Of a DNA stretch of 64,000 bases, positions 1 through 10,829 are shown one piece after another. The notes beneath the pieces are model-generated. The model made no database searches. It worked only from the letters and a program-made list of their open reading frames with translations, and had not been told where the DNA came from. Made by a program: the position numbers and the translations under genes. Source of the DNA: a virus; the IMG/VR virus record IMGVR_UViG_3300006921_000011, positions 5,882-69,881 of that record; one strand, written 5' to 3'. Every line of letters begins with the position of its first letter. The first letter of the stretch is position 1.

Positions 1-1
1 G

Positions 2-3000
2 GATACATGCGTTACCCATTGAGGTGATTTTAGCTGTGTAGGACCTACTTCTATATATGTTAAATAAGTTTAGTCCTTGGGTTGATATGGTTTTATCGTT
101 GGATGAGTCTGCTAGTTGTTGTGTGAGTCTAAATGACTCTGCTGTATTTCTAAATTCATTTTGGTCTAACGTTACACCTTTAAAGATTCCTTGGTTCTGC
201 ACTCCAAAATCTACATTAAATGCTACTACCTTATTACATTTTGTGGGGTCGGAACAATTAGAAAATAAAGGATTGTCTGAGGTTCTCCCTAATAGAAAAG
301 AATCAGTGTCATAACGATATATGTCTGATTGTACATTCATATGTTGTGATGGTTCTCCAACATACATACATAAAAATTTAGGTGATGAATCTATATAATC
401 TACTTCCATGTGGGTACCGAATAAAGCATTAGCTTCATCACTGGTATTGTATTTGGATACTTGTTCCCCATCAATGTCTGTCACCCCATAAAAATTTATA
501 TAACTAGGTAAAGGTAAAAACTGAAAGTTGTTCTCTTTCAGAACTGCACCAATAAAACCTAATAAGGTTGTATTTGCATTACTATCCATTGTTAGTAATT
601 TGAATGGTTCTACATCTATAATAGCTTTATTTCCTATATCTCTATTAGCTCTATCAAAAAATAAAAAATCTTCAAATAACGTTTTATCTCCAAATTCTTC
701 CCCTGCTACCCATTTATCGTTTAACGTTTTAAAGGTTTGGTATATTTCTAGTTTTTGTACATCTGTTTTAAAAATTGGGTCTATGTCATCTATCTGTGCT
801 CTTACAGGTACTTTATCAAATACTGTTTTACTCTGTAAAAAAGTTTCATTTATATGTACTGACTGAGCATCATCTAATCCACTTATCAGTTGAGCTATTT
901 TCTCTTTAAACTGTGCTACAAACCCTGTAGGTTCCGAGTAGGGTACGACAGTATTTGTACTAACAAGAGCACTAGATACTCTAGTAGAAGAAACTGGTTC
1001 TTGTCTTATTCTTTCAGTTACATACATTCTAATTACTTTCCTTAAGAGTCTAATATTAGTTATTGTAAAATCTATATCTAAGGAAATAAAGAAATCTGTT
1101 ATTTCTGACCCTAAATCATTATAATGTAATGTCGGTAATTCTGGGTCATCAAAAAATCCAACCTGTAATGTTAAAGCGTCCCATTCGGCGGGATAGTTTG
1201 CCTGAGAAGTCGCGACAGTTACGTTTGGTGGTAAGTTACCTTGGTATGTCCCAAAGTTATAATAATCTTTTTCTCCACTTATAGTACGTAAAACTTTAAT
1301 ATCTATATCATTTTGATTATAGAATTTAAAGCTTAATTTCTTATTTAAAAAAGTCCTCAGGGTACTACTAATTTTAGTATTCTGTGCTTTTGCCATATTA
1401 ACTCCGAACTCACTATCATTATTAGCTGGTTGTACAGAGTATTGTGGTACCACTAATAATTCTCTAACTACTGATTGGAATGTCATACCATTTGTTGTTG
1501 TTAGATTAGAAGAATTTAAACTATTTGTACTGTTGTCACTATTAAAATACTCTAGCCCATCTAACGTATCATCGAAATTACTTTCATTTTCACAGAAATT
1601 TAAAAAGTATTCTTCAAACTTGTCTAGTATGTCAGGTGAAAAAATGTCAAATAATTCTTCTATACTATTATATGAATTATCATTTAATATTGTAAAAGGG
1701 TTTTGAGATGTGGTATTAGGGTTTACCTTATCAATATATTGCCATGGTTGTGGTTGGGAACGAGTGTCGTGTTCAAAATACCCATACTGAGACATAGGCC
1801 ATAAAAATCTTACATTTCCATTATGTGTACTTTTTTTATTTAAGTAATCCCCTTCTAGTTCATACTCCAGTTGGGTTCTTTTCATTCCACCACTAGATGG
1901 ATAAACAATATAATTAGGTTCTGTATAACCAGATGTGGCTAAATCAGCTGTGGTATCGTAAAATACATTCCAGAATTCCACACTGAGGTCTTGTCCTCCT
2001 GTTTGGGGTGGGGTTAGAGTTAGGTTGGTATTCTTTTGTACATTTAAAGCTCCACCTACAATATATTGGTTTATCTCCAAACTTGTAACTGGAAAACCAG
2101 TAATTGTACTATTGTTATAAAGTAAATCACCTGTTACAAAATAGTGTGTCAGGTTGACTAGTTCTGGGTAAAACCCTAGATTAATTTTTGTAAACCCTCC
2201 TCCTACAGGTTGTTCACCACCTAAAGTTATAGTACTATTATTGTCACCAATATTAAGGTTATATAAATATGCTAAACTATTAGTACTTGGGTTAAACCCT
2301 TGTCCTGCATCATAATCTGTCCAAATATTAGCTAAAGTATCTACCCCTGTCTGAACATGAGTTTTATAACGGTTCCATATACTTCCATATTTAAGTATCC
2401 ATGCATATGGAAGGGGATGAATTGCTGAAACTTGGTTTAATGTGGCAAATATATAATCACCATACACACTACTTCCATTTTCTACATCAAACAATGCTTT
2501 ATCTCTTAAAGAAGCAAGTGGTAAAGAATTAAGAAAAAGATAAGCTGCATTTATATATGGGTTAGGTATGTTATTAAAATCGTTTAATACACCTTCTCTA
2601 AAAGCATTAACAAAATATGGTGTATTTAACATGGAGACAATTTGTTGGTTATCTGGTGTAATGTTACTCTTTTCTCCCCCGTAGGATATGGTACTTTCTG
2701 TTAAAAAAAGTTTATTATTATTTAATATGTGTGATGCCGGTTGTGAGGCTTCCTCATAAAAACCACTCCAAGATGGTTTATTATCTATTATAGTCTCATA
2801 TCTTGTGACCAACATATTATCATAAGTTGTTATAAAGTTAGGTAATAGTGGTTTAGGGTCTGAATAAAATGGTGCAGCACCAAAAGTGGATAATTCCCCT
2901 TCAGTTTTAATTTGTGATGTAAAGGTTCGTAAGTTATCGGAAACTGTTAAACTTTTAGATATATTATAGAGTTCTTGGAATGAACTAAGTGAAGCACCCC

Positions 3001-5458
3001 CCGCAAGATTTCTTTTAACCCAAGGTACCGAATTACCGTTTATACCCTCACTCGAATCAAAATCTCTAAAAGGAAAGGTATCTAAAATTAAATCGTTACT
3101 ATCATTTTTAGAGTATGTTAAATATTCTTTTAATCTAACAATAGCTTTATCCGTAGCTGTATCCTCATTCCCATAGTTGGTACTTATTAAATCAATAAAA
3201 GGGTAGAAAGATGCCCTTGCATTATTAACCATCGTACGTATATATGGAGTATTAATTTCATCTCTTAAAAGTAATTGCCATTTGGTCAATGGTGCGAGAC
3301 TTTGTAAAAAGCTTTGGTTATTACCTTCGTACCCTGTAGTTGAAAAAGTATTATATTCTAAATTCTGATTCTTTAATTGTTCTTGTAAATCAAAAGACCC
3401 TGCTGTTTTAGTTTTCATATCTACACACTCAATGGTAGACATTGCTTGGAAGGTTGGGTAACTTGTATTATCCATAAATCTCGTATATATTCCTGAATAG
3501 AAAGTATGTAGTGTTGACCTATCCCATAACTCATAATAAAATGGTACATAACTAGTATCCGCATAAAGAGAATTTTCTAAAAAGTCTGCCGCGGTTACTG
3601 GTGACCATTCTTCACCCAAAGCAGAATTCTCACCACTAATCTGAGGGAATTGTTCCCTTATTGTCATAGACCTAAGATATTCTTCTACAAATTCTACTTC
3701 AGGCCAAACATCTGGAATGTAAGCTTTGGTTTGGGTTAGTACGGATGTTGCTCCAGGGTAAGTGGATACGAAATTCTGACCTCCTTGTTCATTATCCTCT
3801 CTTACATAATATGCAGGCCAAGGATAAACAAATTCATCTTGTTGTAACTGTGCATCTGGAGCTCCCGAACCTTTTAATGCGTTTAATCTGTCAGAATTAT
3901 CTCTTAATTCCATAGACTTTAAATGTGTCTCATTCATTAACCTTAAGAAGGTGTCAGTACCCGCTAATACGATTGCAAATAAGTTTCTTATAGTGGGTCT
4001 AAACCCTAAACCTTCATTTCCACTCACTACTCTATTTATAATGTCTGAAAGGTTTTTTTCTATTTTAACTTTTTTCTTATTAAACATTGTTTGGATTACA
4101 CCTATTTTTTCCTCAAATGAATTTCTTGGTCCTTTAAATACAAACCACTCTTCGGTAGTCGCAGGCATTCCTTCTACTTTGTCCGCAATAAAATATTCAT
4201 ATTTTATATCAACTGGTATGAATTCTTCTTTATCCTCTCCAAAAGTTAGATTTTTTAATAAACCCTCATTACCCTCTTTAATATATTTCTTCAATGAGTC
4301 AATTGCTTCTTGTTTTTTATCTGGATTTTCTGCTATCGCTTTCTTCCAAGTATAAAAAATATAATCCGTACCACCTCGGTCCACATACACCCCACTCTGT
4401 GATGTATCCAAAAATCTATTTCTCCATCCCGCTTGCCCTAATATTCTCGTGGTGTATTGGTCGAGAAATTTAGCATAGGAGTCTATATTGTCTAATGCAT
4501 CTAAATTGTAATTCTGTAAAGCATTTTCTATCGCTGTCTCTAAGGTACTTACTTTTGTTACCAATTCTTTGACAGTCATATCTTTAAAATTTTCATCTAT
4601 TAACCCCTTACGTCTATATATGTTAAAAACTTCATGTTGTATTTGTGCTCCTCTAGTTGTAGTAATCTTAGTTACTCCTTCATCTTCACTATTACTCTCA
4701 TATAGTCTGGGGTACATATAAGGGGCATTCATAATTTCTTGAATGGTAATATCTGCTAACAATGCAGAGACTCTACCTATAAAATTACATGTGACATTAT
4801 AGTTTCCAGTTGAGGGGTCAAAACTAGCATTAAATTTATGCATCATTAGTTGGTATCTTACAGCTTTACCGTAAAATCCTTTAACTGTTAACATAAACAA
4901 GGGATATGGTAGTTGGAAGAATGCTGCGTACGGTGAGTTTTGTCCTTGTTCGAATAAAGTCTTACCTCTTACATCCACAAAATTAATAGTAACTGTGGGT
5001 ATATAAGCAGAATTTAAACTTATTTGTATATTTTCAATTCCAAAAGACTCGGGGTCTCTGTTATTTATGATGGTTTCTTTTGAATAGTCTTTACCGGTTA
5101 ATGGGTCTCTGGTAGTACTATTTACTCGTTGATTAAAGGGACCATTTTCATCACCACCACCCGTCATAGTATCCGTCCAATCAGCAGTTAAATAATCTTT
5201 ACCACTAGGTTTCATAAAATTAATATTGCCTTCAAATATATCAACTAAGGCCTCGGTTTCTACACCAGCACCACTTATAACCTTACTCCTAGGCACCACC
5301 CTAGCTTGTAAGTTAACATACATAGTAAGATTCTCATGTTTTACTAATCTTTCTTGTGGTTCGTCGTTAACTAATATTTTATTAGGGTCTACAAGAACTA
5401 TATTTTGTTCTGCAAACTCTACTAATATGTTATCTGTTCCGGTTATCTCATTTGCCAT
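2..5458 (-). CDS. Very large (>1800 aa, runs off window) putative baseplate hub / tail protein; absent from ORF track because it is truncated
   Basis: ATG at 5458 gives MANEITGTDNILVEFAEQNIVLVDPN...FGIENIQISLNSAYIPTVTINFVDVRGKTLFEQ...; the same frame at the window edge reads QGLNLFNIYRSRSYTAKITSMGNACI, resembling the C-terminal part of gp27/GpD-type hub proteins. No minus-strand ORF is listed here, consistent with one open frame. Follows the LysM gene. Confidence 0.6.
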   Translation of the reverse strand, partial: MANEITGTDNILVEFAEQNIVLVDPNKILVNDEPQERLVKHENLTMYVNLQARVVPRSKVISGAGVETEALVDIFEGNINFMKPSGKDYLTADWTDTMTGGGDENGPFNQRVNSTTRDPLTGKDYSKETIINNRDPESFGIENIQISLNSAYIPTVTINFVDVRGKTLFEQGQNSPYAAFFQLPYPLFMLTVKGFYGKAVRYQLMMHKFNASFDPSTGNYNVTCNFIGRVSALLADITIQEIMNAPYMYPRLYESNSEDEGVTKITTTRGAQIQHEVFNIYRRKGLIDENFKDMTVKELVTKVSTLETAIENALQNYNLDALDNIDSYAKFLDQYTTRILGQAGWRNRFLDTSQSGVYVDRGGTDYIFYTWKKAIAENPDKKQEAIDSLKKYIKEGNEGLLKNLTFGEDKEEFIPVDIKYEYFIADKVEGMPATTEEWFVFKGPRNSFEEKIGVIQTMFNKKKVKIEKNLSDIINRVVSGNEGLGFRPTIRNLFAIVLAGTDTFLRLMNETHLKSMELRDNSDRLNALKGSGAPDAQLQQDEFVYPWPAYYVREDNEQGGQNFVSTYPGATSVLTQTKAYIPDVWPEVEFVEEYLRSMTIREQFPQISGENSALGEEWSPVTAADFLENSLYADTSYVPFYYELWDRSTLHTFYSGIYTRFMDNTSYPTFQAMSTIECVDMKTKTAGSFDLQEQLKNQNLEYNTFSTTGYEGNNQSFLQSLAPLTKWQLLLRDEINTPYIRTMVNNARASFYPFIDLISTNYGNEDTATDKAIVRLKEYLTYSKNDSNDLILDTFPFRDFDSSEGINGNSVPWVKRNLAGGASLSSFQELYNISKSLTVSDNLRTFTSQIKTEGELSTFGAAPFYSDPKPLLPNFITTYDNMLVTRYETIIDNKPSWSGFYEEASQPASHILNNNKLFLTESTISYGGEKSNITPDNQQIVSMLNTPYFVNAFREGVLNDFNNIPNPYINAAYLFLNSLPLASLRDKALFDVENGSSVYGDYIFATLNQVSAIHPLPYAWILKYGSIWNRYKTHVQTGVDTLANIWTDYDAGQGFNPSTNSLAYLYNLNIGDNNSTITLGGEQPVGGGFTKINLGFYPELVNLTHYFVTGDLLYNNSTITGFPVTSLEINQYIVGGALNVQKNTNLTLTPPQTGGQDLSVEFWNVFYDTTADLATSGYTEPNYIVYPSSGGMKRTQLEYELEGDYLNKKSTHNGNVRFLWPMSQYGYFEHDTRSQPQPWQYIDKVNPNTTSQNPFTILNDNSYNSIEELFDIFSPDILDKFEEYFLNFCENESNFDDTLDGLEYFNSDNSTNSLNSSNLTTTNGMTFQSVVRELLVVPQYSVQPANNDSEFGVNMAKAQNTKISSTLRTFLNKKLSFKFYNQNDIDIKVLRTISGEKDYYNFGTYQGNLPPNVTVATSQANYPAEWDALTLQVGFFDDPELPTLHYNDLGSEITDFFISLDIDFTITNIRLLRKVIRMYVTERIRQEPVSSTRVSSALVSTNTVVPYSEPTGFVAQFKEKIAQLISGLDDAQSVHINETFLQSKTVFDKVPVRAQIDDIDPIFKTDVQKLEIYQTFKTLNDKWVAGEEFGDKTLFEDFLFFDRANRDIGNKAIIDVEPFKLLTMDSNANTTLLGFIGAVLKENNFQFLPLPSYINFYGVTDIDGEQVSKYNTSDEANALFGTHMEVDYIDSSPKFLCMYVGEPSQHMNVQSDIYRYDTDSFLLGRTSDNPLFSNCSDPTKCNKVVAFNVDFGVQNQGIFKGVTLDQNEFRNTAESFRLTQQLADSSNDKTISTQGLNLFNIYRSRSYTAKITSMGNACI

Positions 5459-5768
5459 AATAGAAGAAATAATTATCTGCCCTTTGTTTATAATCTTGTA
5501 GTGAAGCTATTAAAGGATACGGCACAGTCAATAGTCTACCATCTGGAATATCCCATTCTATACTTCCAATGCCAGGATTTGCTTCCATTATTAACCAACC
5601 AAAGTATGGTGAGTTATAATAAAGTTGACTAATTTTGTCCAATCTAGACTTACCGACCTTATAAACTACTTTTTTATCACTAGGTTTTGAGGGTAGTCCT
5701 AAGAATGGTACGGTGATGTTTTCTCCATTAATAGTAAACTGTTTATATCTATTATAATATTGTGACAT
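5448..5768 (-). CDS. LysM-domain baseplate protein (gp53/gpX-like)
   Basis: SRLDKISQLYYNSPYFGWLIMEANP...IPDGRLLTVP is the LysM-like pattern of myovirus baseplate proteins; lies downstream of tape measure and tube-initiator. Confidence 0.75.
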   Translation of the reverse strand: MSQYYNRYKQFTINGENITVPFLGLPSKPSDKKVVYKVGKSRLDKISQLYYNSPYFGWLIMEANPGIGSIEWDIPDGRLLTVPYPLIASLQDYKQRADNYFFYYGK

Positions 5769-5770
5769 AT

Positions 5771-8700
5771 CTATTCTCTATTAAATTTCCAATTAAAATT
5801 ATTATCCGGATTATTACTTTTATAACTTAACGCCAATAAATTAGCTTCACAAGCCGCAACAAACGGACCAACGGTTTTTTCATAATACGTCTTTCTTTCT
5901 TTGTCCAGTGATATGAATTGAGTTGTGAGACTATCTCCTGCTGTGGTTAACCCTTCGGTAATTGAGTCACCTTCAGCAACAAATCTATCTTTAATTTGTT
6001 TAGTTATAGCTTGAAGATTTTTAAGGTAGTAGTCTTCATTTTTTGCAAAAGCGAGACTTAGGTCTCTTCTTGCATTTACCCACCAAGTTTCATCAGTGTC
6101 CATGTTTAATTTATCATATATCTCTTGAAATAGTGGACTACTTCCGGTATTCAAACTATACACATCTTGATAGTAATAGAAATTCTCTGTAGAATCCATA
6201 TCTATTGCGTCTTTATATATTATTTCTTGGTTAAATATCAAGTATTCTACAGCCATTGTTGTAGGGTCTAGTGTTCCTCCCGGTGCAACCTCAAAAGAGG
6301 TAGGAGAAACATATTTTCCTAATTTAGTTAAACTTCCAGATTCTGTTTCACTTAAACTACTAGAGGCATTTTCACATGGTAATTCATTAATTGTACAAGT
6401 CACACCCGCGTCACCATTTAAAGCGTCCACATAATAGTTTAAGGTATTAATCATATAAAGGTAATCATTACCTAATTCCTGGAGGGTATCTGTTGGTGGT
6501 GTGGTTTGTTGAGCTGAAGAACTGTGTATCTCTGTTAATCCTGTCAAAGCGAAGGATACTGGTTTTGCACTTTCGACATAACCATCACATGAAAATGCTA
6601 CCGTATTAAGTCTTTCTATAAAGGGACTTAATTCTACCACTTTTTCTCCTAAATTAGTTGCTACTTCTTCTAATTCATTAGTTAAAGCATCTCTGGATTC
6701 TTCTAACTTTTGTTTTAGGAGTCTTCTTAATTTTCTTTTTCTAGCGTTAGTTGGGAAGGCTTCTACATCGTGTTTTCTTTGGATATAGGTATTGTCATTA
6801 TCTATTTCATTTTTAGCCCAATCGTATAAAGCGTTAATTCTTCCTGAAACATCAACTGGTTGTCCCAACATTTTTCCTGGTACATTTGCAAATTCACCTG
6901 GAGTTGTAGGATAGTAATATTGTCCATCTGTCCATTGTCTTTCTGCCATTACTAACTGTAATAACCCATAATTTCTACTAGTTAATAATAATTCTAATTC
7001 CGATAATGTACCTGTAATATAAACAGCATTTTGTTTAAGATAATCATTAAATGTTGATTTATACGTTATAAATCCTGTTTCACCAGAGGTCGTCGTTTGG
7101 ATTGTTGTTCTATCTCCAATAGTTTGACCATCATTTGCTGAACTATCTAAGTCATCCGTTTTTGCTGCTTCTTCTTCTAGGTTAGCCCCTACTTGATTTA
7201 TAAGGTCTTGATTTTCTTGTAACCATTTTTGTTCATCTGGGTCATCGTCAGTAACAGTAGGAACAGCTCGTGAGTCGTACATTTCGGTATTACCGTAGAA
7301 GTTAAATGATAAAGCATTTTGTAATCTCTCTACTGGTCCTTTCAGTCCTTGACCCCCCACATAATTAAATGTAAGATTTACACTAGCTATCATAGGTTGT
7401 ACTCCAATTCCTTCTGGGTTGAAGTCTAATAAGTTATCATCATAACTTATACTAAGGTTTTGTATTATAATTTTGGTATGGTAAAAATCTCCAATTCTGA
7501 GAACACATACTGGTGGTGCACCAAATGAAGTATTTTTTGCATCAGTACTGTAATCTAATTCACCTGTTCCTTTCTTTGTAGGTATTGTCGCTCCTGGTCT
7601 TACACATTGATTTAAAAATGTTAATCGACTATTTAAACCTTCTGGTGTTATAGCGTGAAATGCTGGATGAAAATATTTGAATTTATCTTTCAAACTGTCA
7701 TAAATAAATGGGTCTTCTTCTTTTAACATATCAAAATAATCACACTCTGTAACCATTTCTCGGAGAACTTTGTTTGCTATTTCTCTCCTTGTATTCATTT
7801 GTTTCTCAGTTTTCTTATTTACGATTGGTGGTGTAGGGTTAGGCCTATCGTATCTAAATCCTGTTGCTGTTGGTGGTGTTGTGTATGTCTCCGGTATGTC
7901 ATCACCTGGTATTGCTTCCACGTCTATACCAACTAACGCAACAAATCTACAATTTGCCGCAGCTGCATTATAGACTGACGCTGCTCTATTTCCTGCATCA
8001 TCCGAAACACTTTCCACACACTCACTTTCACCTAAAGCATCCCCTTCTGGAAATATTAATAATCCTTTTTCTAGGTATGATTTAAATGGTTGGTCACTTG
8101 CGAGTGAATAATCTTGTACCATTTGTCTAACAGAATCTAATCTACGTTGTGATAAGTTTACATTATAGTCACTTGGGGCTAGATTACTTGCTCCACCCAC
8201 AAAAGTAAGTGTTACTCTATTTTTACCGTCCTTTAACGCATTATTTAATTCTACCATAAATTGGTGAAATCTATCAGCTTCTTCACAACATTGAGATGTA
8301 GCTTGGTCAAAAAATGAAACTAGCCCTTGTTTAAGGGAGGCGTTGGGTTGTTTGTCCTGATAAGTTTGTTGGTTGGATTGTGAATAGTAGACGTCCGCAA
8401 GAGCATTATAAGGTGATGATGATGTCGTTTGTCTAGTATTTGGGTCTGGAAAATCGTTTTCAAAATAGAAACTTAGAGCTGGGGATGCAAATGCAACTAA
8501 TGGTCCCGAGTCATAAGTGTCTTCAACCACTTCTGGTTCCGTAGTATTAGTACCATCACTAATTTCGGAAATAGTTTCTTTATCTACACCTACCGTATTT
8601 ATTATCGCTTCAATTTCTTGTATTTTAGTTACACCTAAATTCCATTTTCTTGCTAAATCATATATGTCGTAGGTTTTACATCCAGAGTGAAAGGAATTTA

Positions 8701-10792
8701 TTATTCCATTAACTTCTTCATCTGTAAGTTTATTTAATTCTTTCCTTACTAACATATTTAAAACACTAGCGTGGTCAACTACTATTTTAAATCTTAAAGT
8801 TCCTGTTCTATCAGTATTATTGTAACTATATATTGGTTCAGGTCGACCTAAAAAATTATTTTGTGTCCAATTAGCTGTACTAGCTTCATCTACTTGTAAA
8901 TCATAAGGTGGAAACCACATTACTCTCCCACCATTCGACCCTTTTTCACAAGCTGGTAAATCATCATAAGTAAAACCTTTTTCTCTACTAGTTCTCCAAG
9001 CTAAATTCTCAATAGAGAACATATATTTTTTGGCTTTACCGTTCACTATGTTACTCGAACCACTACCACCTTCGTTAGTTCTCCAAGGTGCAATGTTTAA
9101 ATTAAAGGGACTATCTAATACTGAATAAGTTTCTTTCCTGTGATTCATTTGAGTTTTTTGTAGTCTACCATATGTCCAATATGGTATATCTTTAGTCCAT
9201 AATCTACAGTATTCTTTAGCTACTTCCACACCTCTACCAGATGTAGCATCTGTATTTTCATATTTTCTAACTCTAGAACCTTTTGTTAATTCTTTATATC
9301 CATCATTAAAAACCTTACTAGCTTGATTGATGGCATGACCTACATGTTTTAATCTTTTACCACCCACATTAGGAACAGACTCCATTATCTGTTGGGTCAC
9401 ATTCATAATACTATTATCTACATAATCATAATTTGTAGATTTGGTATCATTATATTGTGGGGGAATTTCTTTATCTGTATACACTGTTGTCCCATCTGTA
9501 CTACCTTCTGGACCTTGTGTGGTTCCGGGTACTATACCTTCTTTACTTCCATACCATGTAAAACCACCAGGAACTGTACCTTTATTTATTAAAGATTTTC
9601 CTTTTAATCCAAACCTATAATCGTTACTATCAAAATCTTTGGCTACTTCATCTGGTCCATAAACAGGTACATAATTTTCACCAGCGTAGGTGTTATCTGG
9701 TGGACTAGTCATGTCAGAAACTTTGTTTCTATTACTTCCCACATATTGTGGCGGGTTAGGTGGATAGTTACCTGCACCTAATATTCCCCCACCTACAAAA
9801 TCAATTACTTCACCAAAAACAGCACCTACAGCTGTTTGTGCTTGAGCACCTTCACCGTATTGTGGTCCATAAGTATTATATCTAATATGTTTAAATAATT
9901 GGGATTTGGTTCCTCCTCCTGTATATTCTAAAAATCTATCTGATGGTGATTGTCTTCTTCTAGGTATTCCTATTAAGCTACCCAATATTCCTGTTATGTC
10001 GGATATAATTTTTCCACCCATGGAAAGACCTCTAGGTTCTTCCAATTCAAAATAATCTCCTGGTATATAAGAAAATGGTAATCCCACTCCTGTCAAACGA
10101 GAAACAAAATCTAAACCTCTACCTACAAGAGATTTAGGAACGGTAATTTGCCAATCTCTTTCAATTAAAGACTCATCACCTCTTAAAATGTCTATAGCGG
10201 TATAAGGGTCTTTAAACCCTTCCAATAAATTTAATCTTCCTACTGTTTGTTGTTCTAATTCTTGGCCTATCCTATATTGAAACTCTTTTTTTAGTTGTAT
10301 GGCTCCTATTTGTTGGAGTATACTATCGTCTATTAAGTCAGAGTCGGTTAACAATCCTTCTGCTGTGACTCCTAGTAATATTTGACCTGGTGAATATAAT
10401 TGACCTACACTATTATGACTAGTTATTCCTCCACCTTCTGGTGATATAAAACTTGTAGTATAAACACCCACATTTGTAGTGTCATTAATAATCGTGTTAA
10501 TTTCAGTCATGTCGTCATAACCACCAACAGGACCATATTTGTTTGCTAAGAATATTTGGTCAATAAAAAATTCATTCATATACTCAGATGAAGGTTGGTC
10601 GACTACACTCATGTCCCTCATTGGGCTTACGATAACCGTCCCTGGTTTTTCCACACCCCCTTGATTTATCAAAAGGGTTCCAGTAGGTGTAAACTCATTA
10701 GCCACCCCTCCCATAGGGATGCTTTCAAGATTTTTTGAAAGAATCTGTTTTCTGAGGTAATCAGTTGCGGAAAAACTTAATTCACTTGCCAT
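5771..10792 (-). CDS. Large baseplate / tail-tube-initiator-like protein with an inserted OmpA-like domain
   Basis: Tube-like segments FPPYDLQVDEASTANWTQNNFLGRPEPIYSYNNTDRTGTLRFKIVVD and PPVCVLRIGDFYHTKIIIQNLSISYD...QPMIASVNLTF flank FYFEND...GGASNLAPSDYNVNLSQRRLDSV...ALGES...NCRFV (OmpA C-terminal signature). Confidence 0.6.
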   Translation of the reverse strand: MASELSFSATDYLRKQILSKNLESIPMGGVANEFTPTGTLLINQGGVEKPGTVIVSPMRDMSVVDQPSSEYMNEFFIDQIFLANKYGPVGGYDDMTEINTIINDTTNVGVYTTSFISPEGGGITSHNSVGQLYSPGQILLGVTAEGLLTDSDLIDDSILQQIGAIQLKKEFQYRIGQELEQQTVGRLNLLEGFKDPYTAIDILRGDESLIERDWQITVPKSLVGRGLDFVSRLTGVGLPFSYIPGDYFELEEPRGLSMGGKIISDITGILGSLIGIPRRRQSPSDRFLEYTGGGTKSQLFKHIRYNTYGPQYGEGAQAQTAVGAVFGEVIDFVGGGILGAGNYPPNPPQYVGSNRNKVSDMTSPPDNTYAGENYVPVYGPDEVAKDFDSNDYRFGLKGKSLINKGTVPGGFTWYGSKEGIVPGTTQGPEGSTDGTTVYTDKEIPPQYNDTKSTNYDYVDNSIMNVTQQIMESVPNVGGKRLKHVGHAINQASKVFNDGYKELTKGSRVRKYENTDATSGRGVEVAKEYCRLWTKDIPYWTYGRLQKTQMNHRKETYSVLDSPFNLNIAPWRTNEGGSGSSNIVNGKAKKYMFSIENLAWRTSREKGFTYDDLPACEKGSNGGRVMWFPPYDLQVDEASTANWTQNNFLGRPEPIYSYNNTDRTGTLRFKIVVDHASVLNMLVRKELNKLTDEEVNGIINSFHSGCKTYDIYDLARKWNLGVTKIQEIEAIINTVGVDKETISEISDGTNTTEPEVVEDTYDSGPLVAFASPALSFYFENDFPDPNTRQTTSSSPYNALADVYYSQSNQQTYQDKQPNASLKQGLVSFFDQATSQCCEEADRFHQFMVELNNALKDGKNRVTLTFVGGASNLAPSDYNVNLSQRRLDSVRQMVQDYSLASDQPFKSYLEKGLLIFPEGDALGESECVESVSDDAGNRAASVYNAAAANCRFVALVGIDVEAIPGDDIPETYTTPPTATGFRYDRPNPTPPIVNKKTEKQMNTRREIANKVLREMVTECDYFDMLKEEDPFIYDSLKDKFKYFHPAFHAITPEGLNSRLTFLNQCVRPGATIPTKKGTGELDYSTDAKNTSFGAPPVCVLRIGDFYHTKIIIQNLSISYDDNLLDFNPEGIGVQPMIASVNLTFNYVGGQGLKGPVERLQNALSFNFYGNTEMYDSRAVPTVTDDDPDEQKWLQENQDLINQVGANLEEEAAKTDDLDSSANDGQTIGDRTTIQTTTSGETGFITYKSTFNDYLKQNAVYITGTLSELELLLTSRNYGLLQLVMAERQWTDGQYYYPTTPGEFANVPGKMLGQPVDVSGRINALYDWAKNEIDNDNTYIQRKHDVEAFPTNARKRKLRRLLKQKLEESRDALTNELEEVATNLGEKVVELSPFIERLNTVAFSCDGYVESAKPVSFALTGLTEIHSSSAQQTTPPTDTLQELGNDYLYMINTLNYYVDALNGDAGVTCTINELPCENASSSLSETESGSLTKLGKYVSPTSFEVAPGGTLDPTTMAVEYLIFNQEIIYKDAIDMDSTENFYYYQDVYSLNTGSSPLFQEIYDKLNMDTDETWWVNARRDLSLAFAKNEDYYLKNLQAITKQIKDRFVAEGDSITEGLTTAGDSLTTQFISLDKERKTYYEKTVGPFVAACEANLLALSYKSNNPDNNFNWKFNRE

Positions 10793-10829
10793 ATATTATT
10801 TTATATATAAGTATTTTTATTTATCATTA

